Shown piece by piece: positions 1 to 11,169 of a DNA stretch of 40,153 nt; the stretch's first letter is position 1, and each line of letters starts with the position of its first letter. The DNA is from Macrostomum lignano. Lineage: Eukaryota. The DNA lies in contig NIVC01004634.1 of assembly GCA_002269645.1 (NCBI GenBank), forward strand, positions 1 to 40,153, read 5' to 3'. The notes beneath the pieces are model-generated. The model was given only the letters and a program-made list of their open reading frames with translations, was not told the DNA's origin and made no database searches. Made by a program: the position numbers and the translations under genes.

Positions 1-473
1 AAACAATAATTCAAATAACAGTTCGATAGCATGTTCAACGAAACAATTCCACGAAAGGACTTTTTCCGTGATTTATTTGTAACGGAAAAATTATATCAGA
101 CATGCTACTTAAGTAGGACAGTTGAAATTTTCTAATTAGACGCCCTTAGTTCAAGACCGATTTAAGTGTTCTATGTAATTGCACGTGTGGCGCAAAACTT
201 GATGTTCCACGGGTGCTTCTCTGCTGGTTAATTAAAATAATGTTTAAAAAAATGTACTAGCTTAAAAGTGGCTCCAGTATCCCACTAGAATATATCTAAA
301 TCAGCATGTTTTGAGGCAAACTACTGACAGTGAAGCATTTAGCTGAAAGTCTGTCAGTCTTGAACCGTTTTCCTTACTGACAATCAAGGAATTTTACAAC
401 ACATTAGGATTAGGCTTAGGGAGATTTTGGGAATCGGGAAAGCGTAGGCGGCGAGGGAAGCTGGGGGACAGCG

Positions 474-3409
474 TCAGCGGGCGGCGGCCCTGGATGGGCG
501 GGATCGGCTGCCGGCCGTTGATGGGCGGCCGCACAGCCACCCTGCCGCAGGCAGCAGGTCTGTCGCCGTCACCTTCGGCGGCTCGCCAGCGGCCAGGCGG
601 GCCTGCACGGGCCGCAGGCTTTCAGGTGGATCTCGGCGAACTTCTCGTTGCCGTTCCGCTGCGCCGGCGGCCCGGACGGACGAGGCCGCCCTCGCGAACG
701 CTGACGCCTGCGCCAGGTCGATGGTCTCCACTAGCGACGGCCAGCGCCTCCACCTTCGGTCGGGCGCCGGGCCGCTCGGCGCCTGCTGCGGCAGACGCGG
801 ATCCGAGGAGGCTGCCACCTGCCGCCGGCCAGCCGCTGTCGGCGCCCGCCCGCGCCAGCCTGCGGTACCCGAATTCCGCGTTTGAGCGCCTCTAGGCGAG
901 CCTTCTCTGCCTCCAGCTCCGCCTGCAGCACGCGATAGCCGACGTTCACCCTGCGGGCATCGATAAACAATGGCAGTGATGCACAAGCCATAGATAAACA
1001 ATGGCAGTGATGCCAGGCCATAGACAAACAATGGCAGTGATGCACAGGCCATAGACAAACAATGGCAGTGATGCACAGGCCATAGATAAACAATGGAAGT
1101 GATGCACAAGCCATAGATAAACAATGGCAGTGATGCACAAGCCATAGATAAACAATGGCAGTGATGCACAAGCCATAGATAAACAATGGCAGTGATGCAC
1201 AAGCCATAGATAAACAATGGCAGTGATGCACAGGCCATAGATAAACAATGGAAGTGATGCACAAGCCATAGATAAACAATGGAAGTGATGCACAAGCCAT
1301 AGATAAACAATGGAAGTGATGCACAAGCCATAGATAAACAATGGAAGTGATGCACGCAAAATGCAAGTAGCGATAAAAATACATGTAGATAGTAAAAAAT
1401 AACTAAAATATACAGAGTAGAGACATTCCATAATTGTTAAACTGAAGTTAGCTCTGGTATTTTGAATGGGAGAATTTGTAACAATTAATTGTGGCTGTTT
1501 TTTGCGGTATAATATTAGTGTTATTCGTTTAAATATTTTAGTGACTTCCGTGAAAAACGCAAAAAGTGACTTCCGACAAAGAGAGTACACCGGAGCCAGT
1601 TGCTACCTGGGTGGATTGTTACCTGGGCTCTGAGCTACCACTGGCTGGCCTGAGTCGGTCTGGCAGCGAAGTGGAGCTGCGTATGTGTTTTTCAGGTTGG
1701 CTTGCAAAATAATCACAGTTCTCAAGCGGGAAAGCCAGTCCGCACTATGAAGTTTTATTTTGGAAAAGTAGTTGGATAGCATTTGCCCTATAGATGTGTC
1801 ACATCAATGCTTTAAACCATAAAGGCCTCTTACTATAGTAGTTATGTAAATTTAAATTCGCCCGTACTGTGTCAGCTGCTGTGAGAAAGTATTAATTTTT
1901 TTATTGCACCTTCCCTAATAGACAGATGTGCAATCGACAGCTCAGCCGCAGCTATTGCGCGGCGTATCTGAAGGCTGCGTACGGCTTTCAGTCCAAGGAC
2001 TTGGTGGTCGCCACACACAGCCTCAATTGCCCCAGCTAATGCTGGCACCCATTTTACAGCTGGGTGAACTGAAGCAATGCAGATCGTTAAGTGTCTTGCT
2101 CAAGGACACAAATTGTTCCGGGTGGGATCGGAAATCGGCAACCCTTTAGTACAGCCATTTACTCTATGGCGAAAACACCATTCAGCGCTACTCACTCTCT
2201 CCTCACTCACCTGTGCGAGGGCAGGCGATCCGCCGGGATCTTCACCACGCTGACAACATTGCCGGCCTCGTCGTAGATCACCTCCTTGTTGCCGGGCGGC
2301 CGGCCCGCCTGCACTTTCAGGATGCTCAGGCAGGAGGTCGGCATGCCGCCTACGCCGCCGCCGCCGCCGCCGCTGCCTCCTCCAGCTGCCTCGGCGGCCG
2401 CGCCACGCCGCGGATCATCGACATCACGCAGGCGCAGCTCGGTCTCCAGAAGCGTCTCGCTCATTGCCGACAGGCCAGCCGACTTCAGCTTGCCGCGGTA
2501 CGGCCGGAAGCGGAACCGGGCGCCCGGCCTGGAGCTGCCCGGCTCTGCTGAGGCTCCGGCCGGGGCCGCCTCCTCCGACTCGGGGCCGGTGGCCGTCTCC
2601 GCCTCAGCCTCCGCAGTCGCCGCGGCGAATTCCGCTTCCTCATCTACCCCAGATGACTCGGCCGCCGCCGCCGCCGCTTCTACGAGGTCGGCGTCGTCTT
2701 CCTCAGCGATGGCCTCCGGCTGCGGAGCCGGGGTTGACAGTCGCGAAGAACGCGGCGTGAGCACCGTCTTGGGGATGCAGCCCTGGCCCCAGGAGTCGAT
2801 GGTGGCCGATGCCGGCTCGCGGTCCTCGGACCAGGCCTCGCCGGTCAGGCGGTCCGGGCTCTCGCCCTCGTCGTGGGACAGAAAATTCCACTGGGGCGAG
2901 AGGGGGAGGCGGGGTGAGTCTTCATGAGCTTCAAGGACTCCAAATAATCAGTGGGGCTTCTACTTTGTTGCTTTGGCTTGAAATCATAATTAAATTAACA
3001 CGTGTACGATAAAAAGCTACAGAATTAGAAGTCCAAAAAATACCTCAATAATTTGCAGCATAGCATCCTTGGCCAGCGACACAGTGTAGGGAATGAGCTG
3101 TCGCTGCAGGTACTTCTCGTAAATCTCGCTCAACGCCGTGTCAACAACATCATTCACGATGCCCAGCACGAATTCCTCGTTTTCGCTGGGTCCCATGGCC
3201 AGGTTCCTGGCGAGAGTTTGGGGGAGGGAATACTTACACAAATCATTTAAGAAATTGAGGCGCAGCGTAGGTGATACGGGAAAGAGCATTCATTACCAGT
3301 CGTGTTCTGTGAATTTTCCAGGAATGATTTCATTCTGCACAGCCGGATTCGGCGTGGACTGGGCTCCTTTGCCGCGGTCTGCGCGACCTTTGGCTGGCTG
3401 TCGGGACAT
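474..3409 (-). CDS. C2orf81: C2orf81/DUF4639-like protein, 4 exons; last exon apparently frameshifted
   Basis: Exons 3409-3297, 3206-3044, 2890-2211 and 950 onward, all GT-AG with consistent phases (2,0,2). Spliced product MSRQPAKGRADRGKG...EIIPGKFTEHDW|NLAMGPSENEEFVLGIVNDVVDTALSEIYEKYLQRQLIPYTVSLAKDAMLQIIE|WNFLSHDEGE...WSEDREPASATIDSWGQGCIP matches from memory the conserved C2orf81 N-terminus (IVPGR..E.EW...YL..Q.IPFT...A.EAMLQI.EW.FL..DEGE...W.ED.EP.....DSWAQG.VP). The in-frame stop of exon 4 is at 731; protein-like sequence continues in other frames to 474. Confidence 0.8.
961..1355. repeat. 31-bp minisatellite (gataaacaatggcagtgatgcacaagccata), ~12-13 copies, in the last intron of the C2orf81-like gene
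   Basis: Period read directly (gataaac at 962 and 993). The array ends ~10 nt from the acceptor AG at 952-951. Confidence 0.95.
1897..2195 (-). mobile_element. tRNA-headed CORE-like SINE, copy 1 (degenerate head)
   Basis: Body nearly identical to the copies at 11170, 16856 and 28046. It includes tgtgtccttgagcaagacacttaac...cagctgtaaaatggg, which resembles the CORE domain of MIR-type SINEs, and has an A-rich tail at ~1897-1905. The head boundary is approximate. Confidence 0.8.
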
Positions 3410-5290
3410 CTGGCTGGTGTTGCTGGTGCAAATTCTTTTATCATGCAACAGAAGTATGGTAAAATTAATTAATCAAGAAATGCTAAATATATGTGTTGCA
3501 TCTATTTTCGAAGCATATGACAAGTATAAAAATTAAGAAAGACCATTAGAAAAGTCTTTTAAAAAGGTCAATACGCTCTAAAGGTGCTAAAGGCTAAAGG
3601 TGCTGCTTAAATGTATTTCTCGAGACATTTTAATTACTTATTTTAGACAGTATTACTAGTGAATGTAAAATTTATTAATCATTGTTGATTGTTACATAAA
3701 CATCCACATGTTTATGAAAATACCATACTTCATTAATCAAGTATTAAAACTTTTCAAAAATGAATACATACACAAGCTATTCACTATACATGTATATACA
3801 CTATACACTACGAGTATATATCGATTTACTTGAATTTCGTTTAAAATTCAAGCAAACATTTTGAATGTCTAGATGTATTTTAGGACTTGCTCGGCGTGCA
3901 AGCTATAGCTTTTTAGAAATACCAGCCATATTAAATCTTAATTCTTTCGTATTTAGTTCCACTGAAAGCAGTCTATTACCCGTGATCCAAAGGATTTTTA
4001 TCCATATACTAATTAATTTAATCGAGTACAAACTAATATATAAGGTTGACACGGTTCTGTCAAAATATAATATTGTAGATAATTATTTAACTTATACCAG
4101 CTCTGAATTGCAAAAAAACAATGAATCTTGCTTTCATTTACGAGAATTTTAGGAGCAAGTGTTAGGTGCCTAACATTGCAGTTGAAGCTTTATAACAAGC
4201 TTTAGCCATAATATATGACCTTTCAAAGTTGAATGTAAAATGACAGTTAATTTACAATTCCAAAATATCGCCCTAGCCGTTTGCAGAGTAACGGAGAAGT
4301 AAAACAAAATAAAACAAAACGTCAAATTTTAAAGCAAAATAATTATTATAAGAATAAATCAAGTAATAAAAAGATACATAAGTACTACATATTTTCAATA
4401 AAACATTTCAAGTGCAGCAAAATTTGAGGCATACTTTTATTTTGAAAGTGGTTTTTAAGGCTTAAATTAAACTTGCATCGCGTGCTCTACATATGTAAGA
4501 ATATCTAGATAATAAAAGTTGCCCGTCTGCCTTGCCTTAAATCGATTTGATCAATTTAAGCATTATTTAGAAATACATTTAGAAGTTTGGCTCAAGCCAT
4601 CATTAACTATATGCAAGTCTCAAAGATTTATACAATACGGTTTTTTGCATTAGAATATTATTAACTTCAGTACTGCTATTTTATGTAACTAAAAAGTTTT
4701 CTGTTAGGATGAAAATTAGTTGTACCTTTAGCAAGAGTAAGAAATCTCTTTGTATGTGACTGGCTTAGTTTTTTTACATTCTGTTTCTTTTCAAAATATA
4801 AAACCAATGAATATTCTCCAAAGGTTTAAGTGATACTATCTAAATATATTTGAGAAACAGATTTGTAAATTTGTTTAACATGCATGTTTTATTAAAACAC
4901 TTTTGAGATTAAACCAGCAAACCAGATACACATTGAATCTTTGGGACACTGGATCTCATTTCCATGAATTTTTTCCTCTTCTAAATTCCATGGGGCATAC
5001 CTTATATTTGACATAACATGTAGCAGCACGTAGCTACGAGTAGATTAAATATTTACTTTTAATGGTTTCTCCTTTGCCAGGATTTAAAATTGGTTGAGCT
5101 TTTCCGCTATAATAATCTATTCTGATAGCTTAATGACGAAGTGGAGCACAACGCGACGACTGCAAAAGAGCAGATTTATTGTAAAAAAACTTAAATAATT
5201 TCTGTAATCATCTCAAATACTGTGATTGCATTTATGCATGTATTTGCATTCGAAATTTCATGCCGTTGTCGCTCCCGTGATCCACTTGGA

Positions 5291-7784
5291 ATGTCCTTCG
5301 GCCCAGCCCCATCAAACGGGGGCGGCAAGCGCGCTGGCGGCGGTGGCGCCGGTCGAGGCAAGACTTCTGGGGGCCCCGCCGGAGTCGCGGCCGGTCGTCC
5401 GGACCTTCAAGAGCGCCTGCGCGAGCTGCAGAGCCGCCGTGACGCCTGGATGCAGCAGCGCGACAAGTCGCTGGACGCATCGCCGCCGACCGCTGTCGCA
5501 CAGGATAGGCGGCGCGAACCGCCGAGGCAACCGGCTCCATCATCGACCACTTCAGCGGCACCGGCACCCGGCAAAGTCGGCCCATCCGGACTGCTAGACC
5601 GGGTCCGCCACGAGCTTGACGACATCGAGCGCGAGGTCCGCGCAAGCGCCGGCCTGCCCAAATCAGCGCCGCAGTCGGCTGGGGCGGCAGCGGCGGTGGC
5701 CGTGACGTCAGCAAAGTCGACGACGTCGTCATTCAGTGGCGGCGGTGGCTTGCGGCCCGTGAGCCACTTCTGCCCGTCCTGCGGCCGCTTAATGCTCGGT
5801 GCCCCGGTGGCGCCGCAGCTGGCCCCGTGCGGCCACAGCGTCTGCGCCGGCTGCGCGCCGAGGCCCGAAGAGGCGCAGCCGCCGCTCCGCTGTCCGCACT
5901 GCGGCCTTCGCGTCTCCGGCGTCCGGCCTGACGCTGCACTGCGCGCCGCTATCGACGCGTTTTCTGGCGCCGGCGCAGCCTCCTCGACGGAAACGACGGC
6001 GCCGTCCGACGCAGCCGCTGACGCGGCCGCTGGCAGTGCCGCAGCAAGACGTTGGCTGCAGCAACTGGACGTAATCAGCGGGCGAATGCGCCAGCTGGAC
6101 TCCAGCATGGAGAGCCTGCAAGCCGAGGTGGCGCAGCTGACCGGCCAGCTGGAGGCGGAGGCGGCGCGCGACCGTCAGCTGGCCGCGTCAGAGGCCGCGG
6201 CTAGAAAAGAAATCAGCCGTCTGCAGGTGAGGCAGGGGCTAGAGGTTTGAATCCCATATAGCCAACTCGTGGTTGGTGGTTCGAATCCCGAATGGCCAAC
6301 TTTTGGTTTGGGTTCGAATCCTGAATGACGAACTGGTGATTGCGGGTTCGAATCCCAAATAAACAACTGGTGGTTGGGGGTTCGATTCCCAAATGACCAA
6401 CTCATTGTCGGGTGTTCGAATCCCGAATGGCCAACTGGTTGGGGGTTCGAATCCTGAATGACGAATTGGTGGTTGCGGGTTCGAATCCCAAATAACGAAC
6501 TGGTGGTTGGGGGTTCGAATCCTGAATGACGAATTGGTGGTTGCGGGTTCAAATCCCAAATAACCAAATGGTGGTTGGGAGTTCGAATCCTGAATGACGA
6601 ATTGGTGGTTGCGGGTTCAAATCCCAAATAACCAACTGGTGGTTGGGAGTTCGAATCCTGAATGACGAATTGGTGGTTGCGGGTTCAAATCCCAAATAAC
6701 CAACTGGTGGTTGGGAGTTCGAATCCTGAATGACGAATTGGTGGTTGCGGGTTCAAATCCCAAATAACCAACTGGTGGTTGGGAGTTCGAATCCTGAATG
6801 ACGAATTGGTGGTTGCGGGTTCAAATCCCAAATAACCAACTGGTGGTTGGGAGTTCGAATCCTGAATGACGAATTGGTGGTTGCGGGTTCAAATCCCAAA
6901 TAACCAACTGGTGGTTGGGAGTTCGAATCCTGAATGACGAATTGGTGGTTGCGGGTTCAAATCCCAAATAACCAACTGGTGGTTGGGAGTTCGAATCCTG
7001 AATGACGAATTGGTGGTTGCGGGTTCAAATCCCAAATAACCAACTGGTGGTTGGGAGTTCGAATCCTGAATGACGAATTGGTGGTTGCGGGTTCAAATCC
7101 CAAATAACCAACTGGTGGTTGGGAGTTCGAATCCTGAATGACGAATTGGTGGTTGCGGGTTCAAATCCCAAATAACCAACTGGTGGTTGGGAGTTCGAAT
7201 CCCGAATGACCAACTGTTGGTTGTGGGTTCCAATCCCTAATAATCAACTGGTGGTTGGGGGTTCGAATCCCGAATGACCAACTGATGGTCCGGGATTTAA
7301 ATCCCGAATGACTTGGTGGTTAGGGGTCAAATTCCAATTGACGAAACAGGGAAGGAATTCTAATTCCCCACATGAGCAGTCGTGTTGGGCAAAGGAGGGA
7401 GGCTTCAAACCCTGTGTCAAAATAATAGCCACTAACTCAAAAAGGTTAGAATCTAATAACATTTTTAATTAAAATTGTAAGCCTTTATGATCTTTATAAC
7501 TGTTTGATATCATTTTATTTAACTTTCACATTACTACAAGTAGCCTAATTTGCAAATTAATCTTTTCTTCTTCGAAATTATATTTTTCTCCAAACACACA
7601 AAACAACAAAAAACCGCAGGCCGAACTGAGCAGCCTGGCGGAGCAGCGGTCCGTGTCACGTGACAACCAGGCCTTCATCCAGTCGGAGATTGACGCCAAG
7701 AAGGAGGCAATTCAGGGCGCCTTCGCCTCCCAGCAGTTGGTCAGCCAGGAGCTGGCGAAGCTGCAGCGGCTCTGCGCCGCCTGA
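5291..7784 (+). CDS. RING-HC (C3HC4) zinc finger + C-terminal coiled-coil protein, putative E3 ligase, 366 aa, 2 exons
   Basis: Exon 1 5291-6226 (CAG|gtgagg) and exon 2 7620-7784 (cgcag|GCC...TGA), phase 0. Motif CPSC...CGHSVCAGC...CPHC, heptad-rich C-terminus, AATAAA at 7845-7850. Confidence 0.85.
6245..7325. repeat. 33-bp monomer / 66-bp dimer minisatellite carrying a B-box-like GTTCRAATCC in each monomer; RING gene intron
   Basis: Homogeneous 66-bp dimer (ggttgcgggttcaaatcccaaataaccaactggtggttgggagttcgaatcctgaatgacgaattggt) at ~6530-7200, with diverged monomers at both edges. Confidence 0.95.
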
Positions 7785-7942
7785 CTGAACCGCCTCAGTT
7801 TTATGAAACCAAAGTTTCTAAGAAACTGATCCATCTGTGTTGCAAATAAATTTTGTGTGTTTCTGCTTCTATCGAATTTCAAAATATTTTAGCTACTTTT
7901 TAAAGACTTCTTCATTTTATTCGTCCGACCAATGCTTCAGTG

Positions 7943-8652
7943 ACTAGTCATAGTCTAGTCATGATCCAGTCATAGTCTAGTCATGATCTAGTCTAGTCAT
8001 GATCCAGTCATAGTCTAGCCATGATCCAGTCATAGTCTAGCCATGATCCAGTCATAGTCTAGTCATGATCTAGTCTAGTCATGATCCAGTCATAGTCTAG
8101 TCATGATCTAGTCTAGTCATGATCCAGTCATAGTCTAGTCATGATCTAGTCTAGTCATGATCCAGTCATAGTCTAGCCATGATCCAGTCATAGTCTAGTC
8201 ATGATCTAGTCTAGTCATGATCCAGTCATAGTCTAGTCATGATCCAGTCATAGTCTAGTCATGATCTAGTCTAGTCATGATCCAGTCATAGTCTAGCCAT
8301 GATCCAGTCATAGTCTAGTCATGATCTAGTCTAGTCATGATCCAGTCATAGTCTAGTCATGATCCAGTCAAAGTCTAGTCATGATCCAGTCATAGTCTAG
8401 TCATGATCCAGTCATAGTCTAGTCATGATCCAGTCATAGTCTAGTCATGATCCAGTCATAGTCTAGTCATGATCTAGCCATGATCCAGTCATACTCTAAT
8501 CATGATCTAGTCTAATCCAGTCATAGTCTAGTCATTACCTAGTCTAATCTAGTCATAGTCTAGTCTTGATCTAGTCTAATCTAGTCATAGTCTAGTCATG
8601 ATCTAGTCTAATCTAGTCATAGTCTAGTCATGATCTATTAAACTCTAGTCAT
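7943..8652. repeat. 22/32-bp minisatellite (gatccagtcatagtctagtcat)
   Basis: Period read directly. Variants carry a 10-bp gatctagtct insert. The array starts ~160 nt after the RING gene stop. Confidence 0.95.
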
Positions 8653-9362
8653 ATTCCAGGCAAACGCATTCATAAATTTTACCAAATTTTGTCGTATTAA
8701 CAAGATTCAAGCGAGTGAGCGAAGGGTATTGATGAATAAACACACTGAGAAGCTATTTATTTATCATTCGCAAAACGGCGGATCATAAAACAGATTACTA
8801 AAAATTCGAAATTCTTCTATTAAGTAAAATATATATGGCAATGAAGCATTTTTAGAAATCTGTGTTTTACTGAATCATGAAAACGGATTGTAGTGCAATG
8901 AATGTCGCAGAAAGCCAATAGCAGAGTTAGCAAATGTGTGAATTAATGTGCGAGAGTCGGCAGTACGATTAACCCTGCAAAAGCGCTGCTGCGAAACCTG
9001 CAATTAACATTAGCCAGAATTATTCAAGCCTCATTGACGCTTTTGGGTAGCTGAATTTTAGAAGACCACAAATCTGTTTAGTGCATGGACTAGCGATCTG
9101 GCCCCCCCAGCTGGGGTCAAAGAAAGTAATACAAACATTCCGAAAAGAGCATACAATTGCCAGCAGACAGAGCCCTGTAGCTCTCACAGTCCACGAATAA
9201 GAAGTCTAACATAGCCTTAGATATCAGCCTCAAAGAAATCGATCAAATCCGGGAACCTTCGGTGCAAGAATCGGATTTGCGCGTTTATCGCTGACTCTTT
9301 GGAAGCTGTTCGAACACGTACCGAGCGTCCTTGTGCTAAAGAGAGTCCCTGAGCATGCGTCA

Positions 9363-10420
9363 TCAAGTAGCGATGGGACTCGTCTCCAGATCCGCAATGT
9401 CCGCGCTCCTCACTGTGCTGGTCTCCCAGGTGACGCTGCCGCTGTAGTCGTCTGTCAACGCTGTCAGCTGGTCGACCTGCTCCTCCCTGACGAGTTGGTT
9501 GCATTCGGCCTCGTTGTTGGCCGAAGCCAGGAGCTCCGCGGCCGGTTGGGCGCCGAACTCCGACTCGAGCTCCGCCGCCGCTGCGCGCAACTCGGCGACA
9601 AACCGGCCGAGCCAGCGCTGACGCCGCCGCCGGCTCCACGGCCGCTGAAGGCTGGCTGACGCTGCCTGCGACGGCTTGGCGGCTGCCTCCAGGCAGGTGA
9701 GCTGACGGGCCGCCTCCGACTGCAGCGACTGCGGCCATTCCGGCGACTGCGGCCTTGGCAAGTCACTGAAGACGGTGGCATTCAGGGCGAAGATGCGCCG
9801 TGCGAGGTGGCGGGCGAGCCAGACTGAATCCCGGTCGCTGCAAACGAGAGAGATTGTGTTTAGCTTGGGGAATTTATGAGCTTGGAGTATTTTTTGTGCT
9901 TGGGGTATTTTTCGAGCTTGGGGTGGGGTATTTTTCGAACTTAAGGTATTTTTCGAGCTTAGGGTATTTTTCGAGCCTGGGGTATTTTTCGAGCATGGGG
10001 TATTTTTCGAGCTTAGGGTATTTTTCAAGCTTGGGTATTTTCGAATCGAAAAAAAGCCAGTTGCTAAGCCTACCATCCTGGGCAGGTCTGCAGGCCGCGC
10101 ACTGCAGCGGTCATCAAGCGCAGTCGGAACTCAGCCAGGCGCACCAAGTCGCAGTCCTGCTGCTCTGCCGCAGCTGTCAGCGGCTTCCAACACCACGAGT
10201 TGCTGTCGCCGCCACCTTCGGCATCGGTGGTCCCAGCAGCCGACTCGAACCGGCTCAGCAGCAGGCGGACTTTCTGCAAGTGCCGATAGGCGAGGTCGAT
10301 GCCGCTGGCCAGGTGACGCCGCTCCTGGCAGCCGCGGCGGCCGAGCTTCTCGCCCAGCATCGGCAGCTCGCAGGCGGCCGCCGAGGTGAACATCAAAGCG
10401 AGCAGCCAATTGAGTCGCAT
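9363..10420 (-). CDS. Orphan predicted secreted, helix-rich protein (273 aa, 2 exons), copy 1
   Basis: Exon 1 10420-10074 (TG|gtaggc) and exon 2 9837-9363 (tttgcag|C GAC), phase 2 on both sides, 822 nt in total. N-terminus MRLNWLLALMFTSAAA looks like a signal peptide; 8 Cys; no family recognised. An upstream in-frame ATG (MLPDK...) is an alternative start. Confidence 0.7.
9880..10040. repeat. 18-bp minisatellite (gggtatttttcgagctta), ~9 copies, filling most of a 236-nt intron
   Basis: Read directly; lies between the two exons of the secreted-protein gene. Confidence 0.9.
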
Positions 10421-11169
10421 TTTCTCTATGTGTGTCGAAATTTTATCTGGTAACATTGCAAATCGCTGTCGACCTGGCAGCTTTATATCAGCATCATCCA
10501 GATGGTGCAACTCAATTCCCTGGAAATTCCTAGTTTTCACAGATTTCGGCGCCGCCGCCGCAGCGCCCACCAATTTGCCTGGCTGGCGGGGGCCAGGGGT
10601 GACCCAATGCGGCTGTTGCTAAAAATAGCAACAGGTTCGTGATGTTTCTAGGAAATAGCGGGACACGAATCTGCGCGGATAGAGAGATAATTCTTTGGAA
10701 TTTCCAGCATGGGGCTGTTCAATACAAATTGTATTGGACCAGCTAATATGCCCGCTTCGAGTGGCCTGTATAAAGTATAACCCACTTTGCAGCTAGTCAA
10801 ATTTATCATATTTAATCTGTTGTCTCGAAAATCTTGAATTAAAAATTAATCAGTGTAAATTTAGCCTCCAGTTGGCAGGCAAGATGCTGCAACCAACCAG
10901 CCATATAGCTAACATTGAAAATTGAACTCCGACTGCCGAGACTTGTGCGCCGAAACACTAGAATCAGGCTACGGAATTAAGATGATAGCATCCTAAATTG
11001 CTTTCGATCACCTAAATCCAATTTAAATTCGCGCTAAAAAAGGCATACTGTCAAACAATTACGAAATCCTTTATTAATTACCTCGAAGCACTCTTTAAAC
11101 AGAACTTAATATATTGCTGGCAGTAGATGTTAGGGTCCCGTTTAACTTATAGCCTTGCCAACACAATAA

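Noticed and set aside
403-423. Telomere-like ttaggattaggcttaggg
   Set aside because: Only three degenerate units; compatible with chance.
1928-2149. Short ORFs shared by the SINE copies (MQSTAQPQLLRG...)
   Set aside because: Antisense translation of a non-coding SINE; the frame is not conserved between copies.
2213-6121. Numerous overlapping ORFs antisense or out of frame to the C2orf81-like and RING exons
   Set aside because: Expected shadows of GC-rich coding sequence, with low-complexity Arg/Ala/Pro translations.
6245-7325. CRISPR-like array or tRNA gene cluster
   Set aside because: No unique spacers and no cas genes in a eukaryotic intron; no cloverleaf, only a T-arm-like motif.
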